Below are positions 1 through 12,739 of a DNA stretch of 64,000 nucleotides, piece by piece (position 1 is the first letter of the stretch; each line of letters starts with the position of its first letter). Source of the DNA: Geosiphon pyriformis uo1 (lineage: Eukaryota; Fungi; Glomeromycota). The position numbers and the translations under genes are program-made. The DNA is taken from contig JAAOMT010000591.1 in NCBI GenBank assembly GCA_016748015.1, forward strand, positions 959,007 to 1,023,006. Direction: 5' to 3'. The notes beneath the pieces are model-generated. The model did not search any database. It saw only the letters and a program-made list of their open reading frames with translations, and was not told where the DNA came from.

Positions 1-57
1 GGGTAAATTAGAATCTAATCTTACAGGTTTCTCTTTTGCCCGAGTTTTTTGTTCCAT

Positions 58-2494
58 ATGGATAAAAATACCCTATCCCACTCCCATCAGAGCCGCGAAA
101 AGTTGAGGCCTTTTGTACACTACCACTGCGCGTGTCCAGACGTTTATGCCTCTGATCTTGATTATTCCCCATCTCCTAACGATCCTCCTTCAGTAAATTC
201 TCCTCGAATTCAACATTCCACTTTCTCTATAACCAAACTCTATTTTTGTGAAGATTGTCACCAAATACGTTGTCCACGTTGTGTTCAAGAAGAAATTGTT
301 TGCTATTACTGCCCGAATTGTTTGTTTGAAGTGCCCACTGCAAGTGTAAAGAGTGAACGAAATAGGTTGGATGTTGATGTAATAATTTCTACCGTTTTTT
401 TTCCAAATTCATTTATTAATTTTTGCTTTTCTTGTTATAGGTGTGCTCGTAACTGTTTCCAATGTCCTATTTGTCAAAACACTTTATCGGTTGTGGCTAG
501 CACTGAACCTCCATTAGCCTCACCCGTCACTTCAACCCCCCAACCAGTCGTTGCACAGACCGGTGGGGCACCTTTTTATTTGTTTTGCAGTGTCTGCCGT
601 TGGGATTCGCAAGAAATTGGAATGACCTTTGAGAAAGCAACTGGTCTCGCGCGTAAGCGAATCTCCATTAAATGACTTGATTTACATTCGATCTCTTGCA
701 TATTCTCACAATAGTAATTAAATATAGTGCAGCTTCAAAAAACCGAGGACGATCGAGCTGACGTTAAAGAATTTGATCATCTTAAAGAACATTTTGAGAA
801 ACATTTGCGTATGAATGCACCTTCAACTACTCTGCCTACCCAATTGCTCTCTATTCCGGGTATGAGCAGTTTTAGCAGTCGATATGGGGGCACTGGACTA
901 GCTCACGCCCAACAAAAGTCTGACGATGTTAATCCTTACGACGCTGTTGTCAATGTCAAAGATGATGAAAAATTATTGGATGACTTAATTCATTTGGATA
1001 ATGTCAACCTTAGTACGTACATCTATTTGGTCTCATGAAAGATTTCAATCTAAATTAACATACAATATAAGTAAATTATCTCCATGTTGGGTTTATTCAA
1101 GTTTCTACATTTTCTCAGAGAACAAATCAGCTCAGTGATCAGCCTTATAGAGTTGAGTGAGTATAATAGACCCCAGTTTATTTATAATATTTGTCCTGAT
1201 TCTTTCTAATTTTTCAAGTTAATTTAAAATTTAACTGTTGGTTTTATAATCGCCTCTCTAATAATATTTCTAATAGGAAGCTTCAACCCCAACGAATTCA
1301 TCTAAGGACGAAACGCGTCAAACGATGTCGATCATGTCGCCATATTCTTATAAAACCTGAGCAAAAAGCTCAAGCAACCAAATTCAAAATTAAGCTTGTA
1401 GCCTTGTAAGAACTTTTTAAAGCAGTGTTGCGTCATCGATTTTTAGCTCATTGAAATCATTTCGGCTGTACAACTTTAGGAATTATATACCAAAAATTAC
1501 TGTCGCAAAGTTACCACCATTAATACTACAGCAAACAGTACAAGTTGTTTTGAAGTTCTCAAATCCTCATCTCGACGACATTATTGTGTCCCTCTCTGCC
1601 AAAGAGGAAATTGAAGACTATGGAAAGGTGACAGATATTATTATAGTTAACTTAATTAGTTCTCCTTTGACTCATGTTTGATTTGCGTATAGGTCAAATT
1701 ACTTGCCACCAATTTCAATATAGGCCCATATAATGAATTATTGGAATATGATGATGAGGAATTTAGCACCGAGAAACTCACTTCAAGATCACGGCCAGCA
1801 TCAAGAGCATCTTTTGTCAGCAAGCCTGACCCTGGTATTGTAGAGAAAAAAGGAAATTATACAAGCGTAATTGTAGAAATCACACCATTGAAGGAGACAG
1901 ATGAATTTAAGGTGAATCTATTGAGGATTTGAAGTTGCTGATTCTTAATCGTTTTGAATCAATTGCTAAAACTTTTGGTTTCCTGACTTTTAGTTCCCCC
2001 TTCTAGTAACACATACTAGAAAGGTACTAGATACTGATAATGTTGAAACTAGCGAGCCTCAACCTCGGATTGTCTCAAATGCAGAATCAACTGTGGATAA
2101 AATTACAAAAAATGATGATGATATTAACAATTTCGAAACCTCAACGATTGGCATCAATCCAGCACTTGCTGAATCCGAACCTCCGTTTAAAAGGCTTCAT
2201 TTTTGGACAGTTATTGGCCTTGGAACTGTTTTGAAAGAGCCCTTAACACCAACGCCTGTTTCGAATAAATCTTCCCAGTTAACTGTAGTTTCAGATAAGT
2301 CTTCGACGACTGATAAACCGATCTCGTCTACGGCAAAACCCACCTCATCTAGGACCGCATCTTCTATAAAAAGTGCTTCATCCTCAAAAGTTAGCACATC
2401 TTCCTCAAATAATAAATCTGGCGGCGCTACTCCCTCTCTACAAACTGCAAAGCCTCTCAAAAAATCCACTACAGTTCATAATAAAAATCTATAG
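58..2494 (+). CDS. DCTN4: Dynactin p62 subunit (multi-exon)
   Basis: Cys-rich motifs LYFCEDCHQIRCPRCV, YYCPNCLFEVP, RCARNCFQCPIC, CSVCRWDS; later HLRTKRVKRCRSCRHILIKPE (~1298-1360); GT-AG introns such as 365-440; Ser/Thr-rich tail ends at 2494. Confidence 0.92.
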
Positions 2495-3102
2495 TATTTC
2501 ATTGAGAATGGTCGAAATCGTCATCACACAAATTTATTTACTCTAATAATGTAAAAAAAGGGTTGTCCAGCATATTAGAAAATAGTTCCAGAACTTTGAA
2601 CCTTGGAAAACTGTTAACCAAACCCCGATATGAAAATCAACGTTGGGTGACTTCGAAAATTGCATTATTTTGAAATTCAATAGGGTCCCTGAGGTAAGCA
2701 ATTTAAGTGCCTTCTCATATATTATTTAATCTTCATATAAATCTATATTATGGCGCAAATTTAACGTTGCTACATAGGTTAGGTTTTTTCTGAACATGGG
2801 TAAAGCCTTATTCATTGAGAGAAAATTAGGTATGAGGAACAATAAATTTTTGGTAATAAAATAATTACAAAAGCATATAGCTTATTTTTGTCAGATTTCT
2901 TCGAAGTACGAGAAAAACCATAAAGATTTCCACCCTGCAGGCTTTCAAATAGAGTTTGATGATAAATAAATAAGCACTAATATTTAATACATGTCAACTT
3001 TTGTTGTAAGGATGATCGTTACGTATGTATACGCGTGTCATCTTGTTAGGCTTATAACTAGATCCATAATAAATAATGTGTCTTTAGACCCGAGTCTTTA
3101 CA

Positions 3103-3426
3103 ATGGCAACTCCAGAATCAACCACATTGATCGCACTCTCTGCCAAATATACACGCCAAGGAACCTCAATCAAAAGTTTTGAATATCCTCTTCCTACTCC
3201 TAGCACCGTTAGCAACACTACTATATCACCGATAGCAACAACGACAAAAGAAATTCAACTCAAGTCAAAGAACTCTTTGAAGGCACTCACAAATGCCTTA
3301 ATAGTACTACAAAAGGATCTCAATGAGTATTTAACTGCTGAAATGGAAGCTAGCGGTATAGAAGAAAGTGAAGTTTTTGAAGAAGAGGAAAAGGAAGAAG
3401 AGGATTTCCAATTCAAGTCGGATTAA
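3103..3426 (+). CDS. GON7: EKC/KEOPS complex subunit Gon7
   Basis: 107-aa intronless ORF; LSAKY..SF N-terminal strand, LKALTNALIVLQKDLNEYLTAEME helix resembling the Gon7 L..LQDDINEFLT..ME motif, acidic tail. Confidence 0.75.
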   Translation: MATPESTTLIALSAKYTRQGTSIKSFEYPLPTPSTVSNTTISPIATTTKEIQLKSKNSLKALTNALIVLQKDLNEYLTAEMEASGIEESEVFEEEEKEEEDFQFKSD

Positions 3427-3539
3427 CAGAATGAATCCAATCGCGATCAGTTTTGGAGATACAAATTAATCTATTGAAATGATTTCGGGTGTGTGGTCAT
3501 GTGTAAAAAGCACATGATCTACACCTATGCTATTTTTAC

Positions 3540-6500
3540 AATGTTATTTACTAATATAATAATATACATAATAAACATGGCATATACTTTCTTATATGTA
3601 ATTAACTACTTAAATCAATTAAATAACACTATATAATATTAAAAAAAATTTTAAACAAAAATGTAAAAAACAGTATTAGCTTTTTAAATTTTAAAAACTT
3701 AATTAATAATAATTAATAATTATAATTTAAATATTTCTGAAAAAGTGTAATTCAATTACTATTTAATACAATATAATTGAAAAATACTTTAATTTAATAT
3801 ATAATTTATATGTTTTTTAATATAATTAATTACTTAAACCAATTAAGATTGAATTTACCAAAAAAAATTTATTTAAAAATACTATTTTTTGCATAATTAC
3901 AACCAAATTATTATTAAGAACAAAATTAGTTAATTATATTTTTTTTATGTTTTATGAATGCAGCCCAGTTATTATTTAGTATATAAATTATATAATAATT
4001 TTATTTGCATTAAATTTAATAATAAAAATTTACAGTTTTTAAAATTTTATTATTTTAACAAAATATTTTATATTAAATATATTATTATTTATATTTATTT
4101 TAAGAATTATAATTTTTTACTTAAATTATTAATAATTTTATTAAAAATACCAATATTTTTTTTAATTATAAATATATATTTTTATTTTAATATTAAAAAA
4201 AAACTACATATTAATTTAATAATTAAAACAATCAAAATATTAATAACTTAATTAACAAAATAAGTTTAATTAAAATAAATTTTAAAAAAGCCAATTTAAA
4301 ATTAATTATATAAATAAAATAATTTATAAAAATTTTAAAATCAATTACAAATTTATTAATTTTAAAAAAAACATTATATAATTTAAAATTTAAACTTTAA
4401 AATTAAAAACAATATTAACAATTAAAAATTTTCTATTAAATATAATTTTTTTTAAAATAATAATTTTAATAATTATAGTATTTAAGTTTTTATAAAAACT
4501 AAAAATAATAATAATATATTTTAACTATTAAGCAAAATTAAAGAATAAAAAAAAATATTTATATATTTAAAAAACCAGTTTATTATTTTTAAAAACAATA
4601 TAATTAAATAAAAAATTTACCAATTTAATTTTAAATAGTATTTTTAAAAAACAAAAAAAAATAATAATTTAGTTTTTATTTAATTAACTTAATTTTTAAG
4701 ATTAATTAATTTATTTTGATAAAATATTATGATTTTTAATATTTGTTTTATGTAATATTAATCTTTAAAATTTTTGTTGTATTTAAAGATTTTAATAATT
4801 TATTTATGTAAAGTTTTTTTTTATAAAAATAAAAATATTAAATTTTAATATAAGTTATTATTAATAGTTTTTTAATTGTGTTATGTAAATTATTTTTGAC
4901 TATAATCAATAATTAATAAAATCAATTATTTTTTTTTTTTGTTTTTTTAATAAACTATAATTTATTATAAAATTAATTTTTTAAAATTTTTTTTTTATTA
5001 AACTATTATAATATCAATTTATTTTGTTATAATATTTAAATTATTAAGTTGTTTTTATATTATTTTAACTATTCTTAAATTATTTACAAATTTTTTTAAA
5101 AAAATATTTTATTAATTATTATAATTAAAAATAATTGGTTCAAATTATTAAGTTTTTAAAAATATTATGCTATCTATACTTGGCTTAAAATAAAGAAAGC
5201 AAATAAAATTTTAATAATAAAAACAAGAAGTTTAACTTATAAATTTTAAAGTTTTTAAAAATAATTTATAGTAAAATTATAAAATTAATTTCATTATAAA
5301 AAATTTTTTTAAATTAAAATTATTTATATATATACATATTTTTTGTTTTATAAAAATAAATTCTAAACTTTTATTACTTTTACTATTTTTTATATTTTGT
5401 TATTATTAATTATAAATTGTTATTTTTGCTATTTTATACTATTTAATATATTATTAATTATTTTATAATATTTTTTATTATTATATATTATTTTATATTA
5501 CTATGTATTATTATTTGTTAATTATATTTTTTTTTATAATTAAATTAGTTTATTATTTAAATAATATTGTATATAAAAATATAACTTATTTAACTTTTAA
5601 AATTATAAAAAATTAACCAGAATTTAACATATTAAACAACTTAATTATATATTAATTAAAGCCAATTTTAATAAACTTATTATTATTAATATTTAAATAA
5701 ATTTTTTTTTGTTTATAATTAAATTCAAATTAAATATTATATTTATTATAACTATTATAAAATTATTGTAAATATTAAAAAATTAAATAAAACTAATATT
5801 TTATTTTTTATATATTTTAAAAAAATGTTTTTTTAGCTTTTTTGGTTATTTAAGCAGATATATAAAAAATAGCGAAAAATAAGTTTATTATTATTTTGTT
5901 ATTAAAAACTTTAAAATTTTTTATAAATAATTAAAATTAATTTTAGTTAATTATTTAAAAAAATTTTTAAATATAAAAAACTTTTATTTAAAGCCAAAAA
6001 TAGTGTTTTAATAATAGATAAAAATTATTTTTTAAAACCAAAAAAAATAATTAAACAATTAAAAAAAAAAAATTTATTTTTAAGTATTTTATTTAAATTA
6101 TATACATTTTTGCTTTTAATTACAGTTTAAATTATGCAATATACCAAAAAAATACTTTAATTACACAGCAAATATGTTTTAAACTTAATAAAAAACAATT
6201 ATAAATACATAATGCTTATTTTGAACCAAATAATCAATATAAATTAATAGTATTTTCATTAATTATTTTTATAAAAATTATAAAAAAATGCATTAAATTT
6301 TATTAAAAAGTGAAAAATGACTATTAAAAAAACTTTTGATTGAATTCAAAAAATGCAAAAACAATAACAATAACACTTTTTGTTGTATATATTAAGCAAT
6401 TTTTTTAGAGCCAGATTTTTTTACACAAAAAAGTACAATTGCAGAAGTAATTGAAAAAGCAAAATATAAATATATTTTTTATTTTAAATTTCATTGAGAA

Positions 6501-6900
6501 ATATTGAAAGCAGCCAAATATTATGTTAAAGAAAATTGTGATTATTTATAAACAGAATTGCAACAAATTGTACTTTAAAGTTTCGAATCTGTGTTTTTCA
6601 ATTACAATTAAAAGATTTGCTAGAAAAACTTGGTTATATAGAAAAGGAATTTGTGATAAAACTTACAGAATATGCAGTTAAAAAATACAAGTCTCAGAAG
6701 AATTCCAGATAGTATTTTAAAAGAATTAAATCAAGTTTATATTGAATAAATATATAATTTTATTTTAGTTAATAAAATCGTTTTATATACAATTCCAAAT
6801 TTCGGAATGATCATCAAAATATGATCATAATTATAAAATAAAATTATATTCATTTATTAATTATAAATATTTGGTATTACTACTTAATTTACCCAATAGT
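3540..6900. other. Extreme AT-rich desert (hypermutated transposon remains)
   Basis: About 90% A+T by eye with almost no CpG; grades at its right end into a recognisable transposase relic. Confidence 0.8.
6130..6735 (+). mobile_element. Degenerate Tc1/IS630-like DDE transposase C-terminus
   Basis: Translation across stops and frameshifts gives EPDF.TQKSTIAEVIEKA.YKYIFYFKFH, AAKYYVKENCDY, IKRFARKTW and EYAVKKYKS..RIPD, matching the fungal PDF..QK/GH..IFYPKFHCE/AVKKYKSHRRIP transposase signature with C->T and G->A damage. Confidence 0.75.
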
Positions 6901-7250
6901 ATCAAATATAATCTAGAAAAAATAAAAGTTTATTTAATTTAATTGCCTCGTGTGCGGGTAAACTCGCTTTTTGGTTAATGTTCAATTAACTTCTACCGGA
7001 TTTATCAATATGGTAGGTTACTATTGAATAGAGTAGTCAGACCATCGGATAATCATGATCGGTGACTTTCGAAACTCTAAAATAGAGATTATCAGAAATT
7101 TCTCCGCATAATATAAATATCACATTCTGCTACTTCAGGACTTGACCTTTGACGTTCTATTGACTTAGATACCGCTTATAGATCGTATAAATAGGTTGGA
7201 TTTTCCCTCGTGTAAATAAACAGATTGGCTTCACAAGCAGCATTTGAGCT

Positions 7251-9577
<2,327 letters not shown>

Positions 9578-9789
9578 ATTAGACAGAATTAATCCAAGAC
9601 GAGACACAACCTTTTCGCTCTTTAATATCATGTAAATTTTGGGTTAAAATAATTGATAATACCTTATTTATTTATTATAGGTGCTCAAGAAATACAAATG
9701 TGAATTTTCCAGACGAAATTAGTTTTACATTTTTGGATGTATTTATAATTAATTACAAAAAAGCTATTCAATATTCCCATGGCAATTTT

Positions 9790-11720
9790 ATCGTGCTCTT
9801 CTTAGCCAAATAATTCATTAAGGAATTATTTGCCACCTGGTCGCCACGGTGAGGCGAGAGCAATTAAGACCAGGCCCATGGGCGAATCCGACGGGAGGCA
9901 AGAGAACCCAGGTTGAGAATGGAGTGAAAATGTACGAGGAAATTAGCTAGCCAAAGAAACCATCGAACCACTGGACAGATGCGAGTTTGGGCAATGCACC
10001 GAGAAAGTTATTAACGTCAAGACTATTAAGTTGAACAAGGCGCTTTCCCACACCTGATACTCCATTACAGTTAATAGGCTGAATCATGGTGTCGCTAAGG
10101 TGGGGTATGGGGGACTCGAATCCTCGTCAAAGTCTTAGGAGTTGGGAGAGTCCTAACTCAGGGTCTGCAATTAAAACTGAAAGATCTGATCGTACGCAGC
10201 ATTCGCGTTTCGTGTACTGTAACGTTTCTAAAAGAAAATAAAATCAATATCCTACACGCAGGTAACTGAACATGGAGAAATGCCCTGTAATTGCAGGGGC
10301 ATGCCCTTGATTTCAAGGTAGGAAGTCTTCAATTTGTGAGGTGTCCCGCCTCACCAACCGCTTTGGAATATTTGCAATTCTTCCATAAACTGATCGAGGA
10401 CCGCTCCGAACCCAAAGACAAGAATATAAAGTGGGTTAAATAATGAAAAAATTAGGCATTTACAATCATTTCAGAAGGCAATTTCTTACCAAAACAAACC
10501 AAAGGATTTTGTAGGGAGGAAATTCAAAAACCGAGAAATGACAGTGAGTATCCGAACAATTGGGGAAAATACAAAACATTTATACTGCCCTTAACATCTA
10601 ATCGAATGGAAGGTAAAGCTGAAAATTTAAAAGGATATTCCGTGGCTCTCTTTACCGTCACACCTACTCGCAGTTGTCTTGGGCCGTAAAACACTTGGAC
10701 CGATTCCGAGCAAGCTTCCAACATTTTCAAGACTAAAAAGCAAAAAGTCAAACCCGGGCGAACCACAGGTAGAAGAAAACTGTCGCATTTGGTATAAGGT
10801 GTCTAAAGCTCAAGGGGCAAAAGGATGAATAAATGGGGATGAAAAAGCCACGGAANNNNNNNNNNNNNNNNNNNNTACACGCAGGTAACTGAACATGGAG
10901 AAATGCCCTGTAATTGCAGGGGCATGCCCTTGATTTCAAGGTAGGAAGTCTTCAATTTGTGAGGTGTCCCGCCTCACCAACCGCTTTGGAATATTTGCAA
11001 TTCTTCCATAAACTGATCGAGGACCGCTCCGAACCCAAAGACAAGAATATAAAGTGGGTTAAATAATGAAAAAATTAGGCATTTACAATCATTTCAGAAG
11101 GCAATTTCTTACCAAAACAAACCAAAGGATTTTGTAGGGAGGAAATTCAAAAACCGAGAAATGACAGTGAGTATCCGAACAATTGGGGAAAATACAAAAC
11201 ATTTATACTGCCCTTAACATCTAATCGAATGGAAGGTAAAGCTGAAAATTTAAAAGGATATTCCGTGGCTCTCTTTACCGTCACACCTACTCGCAGTTGT
11301 CTTGGGCCGTAAAACACTTGGACCGATTCCGAGCAAGCTTCCAACATTTTCAAGACTAAAAAGCAAAAAGTCAAACCCGGGCGAACCACAGGTAGAAGAA
11401 AACTGTCGCATTTGGTATAAGGTGTCTAAAGCTCAAGGGGCAAAAGGATGAATAAATGGGGATGAAAAAGCCACGGAATACCAAAGCTCATAGGAAATGT
11501 ATGGATTAATATTCTGTAGAGGAAGAGGTTTACAACAAAGGAAAAGTAACATAAAAGTATAACCTGAAAACTTTGAAAATAGGTGATTGAAACTGGGTAA
11601 AGAACATAAGTATATTTTACCATGAAAAAGAGAAAAAAGGATTGAACTAAAGTGAAAGGAAATAACCTATCTTCATGTTTTAAAGACGAGATTGGGTTGA
11701 TTCAAAGGATTCTTATATAT
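9790..11720 (-). ncRNA. Candidate long structured non-coding RNA of unknown class
   Basis: No credible ORF, CpGs retained, many hairpins, and an 18-bp long-range helix (11465-11482 with 11257-11274) that is fully paired through G.U only on the minus strand; TATA-like TATATAAG near 11712-11719 on the minus strand. Confidence 0.35.
10253..11478. repeat. Exact 603-bp direct duplication (10253-10855 and 10876-11478) separated by a 20-N gap; probable assembly artefact
   Basis: Copies look identical (same 80-aa ORF offset by 623 bp) and abut the N run on both sides. Confidence 0.9.
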
Positions 11721-11763
11721 TGTTAGGGGGATCGACAATCAAAAACAAAAACAAAAAAACGGT

Positions 11764-11787
11764 GCGACGCGTCGAGGCGCGTCGTTG
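11764..11787. promoter_or_regulatory. GC-rich palindrome with MCB-like ACGCGT/CGCG cores upstream of TSR2
   Basis: gcgacgcgtc-ga-ggcgcgtcgt inverted repeat about 150 bp upstream of the TSR2 ATG. Confidence 0.35.
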
Positions 11788-11928
11788 CGAATGATCTTAT
11801 TTTCTAAAGGATTTGATTGTTATTGATAGCGATCAGACTATTTATGCCAAAAACTATTATGTTATTGGTCCAAAATTTTAGTTTTTTCTGAAGCCCAACT
11901 AATTATTACTCATATCATAATAGCCCCA

Positions 11929-12667
11929 ATGTCTTCATCTACCGATACAAGACCGAATTTTCCCTCCGAATCGCTTGCACACTTTTCGAATGGGGTAGCC
12001 CTTCTATTACATTCCTGGACTGCCTTAAAACTGGCGGTTGATGGTCAATGGGGTGGCGTTGATTCCGAGGATAAGCGGGGGTGGCTGGCTGGTGTGGTGG
12101 TAGAGCAGTTTGAGAAAAGTGAGAATTTTTCAATGTTCATTTGGATATAGACATACGTAGAGTTTAAAAAATACCATATTAATTCACGATCTCACACAAA
12201 TAGATGGAAAAGATACTTATCCGGAGGATATTGAATCAGTTCTTATCCTGGTGATGACAGAAGAATTCAATACCCTGCTCGAAGATGATTCAGCATATCA
12301 GGTAAAAAGGAAAATCAATTTATTGTTAGATATTCTCATCACTTATCCGTTTGTCCACATCTTGCAGTTATCCCAAGATTTAGTAAACTTGTATCAAGAC
12401 TGCGTGGAAGGCAACTATGTTACAGTCGCCATGTTACAGGAAAGGCATCAAAGATTTATGAATCAGATTTCCACTTCAAATAAAGCTAAGATTGATAATG
12501 ACAATGATAGTAGTGATGGGAACAGTAACGAGGAGAGTGACCAAGATGAATCAATGTATACTGGGTCAAGTGAAATGGAGGGGAATAGTACAAATAACCT
12601 TTGTGATTCACAACCGCCTATTGTAGACGAAGAGGGATTTCAATTGGTAAAGCGACATCGGCGATAA
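11929..12667 (+). CDS. TSR2: Pre-rRNA-processing protein Tsr2 (3 exons)
   Basis: WTALKLAV..QWGGVDSEDKRGWL (WGG domain), EEFNTLLEDDSA, acidic tail ending VDEEGFQLVKR. Confidence 0.92.
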
Positions 12668-12739
12668 CCTTGATGGCTGACCTACATTATCCTAATCCAC
12701 CTGTGTCTATTATCGCCCTCTATAAAAGACTTCAGTTGT

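Noticed and set aside
3497-3520. Hairpin gtcatgtg/cacatgat at the left edge of the first desert as a Helitron end or TIR
   Set aside because: No CTRR terminus and no matching inverted repeat found at the other edge.
3958-4251. 97-aa ORF rich in I/F/K/Y/N (similarly 50871-51119)
   Set aside because: Chance ORF in hypermutated AT-rich DNA.
10062-10072. CUGUAAUGG (minus strand) resembling the fungal SRP RNA 5' motif
   Set aside because: No convincing helix-8 SRP54-binding motif at the expected distance.
10290-10304. GCAUGCCCCUGCA (minus strand) resembling the U6 internal stem-loop
   Set aside because: No ACAGAGA box or other U6 context.
10524-11389. Two identical 80-aa ORFs as a duplicated gene
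   Set aside because: Non-ATG start, no recognisable motif, and the duplication is probably an assembly artefact.
11722-11730. CCCUAAC on the minus strand as a telomerase template
   Set aside because: Only 7 nt match TTAGGG repeats and it lies upstream of the TATA-like box; no longer template found.
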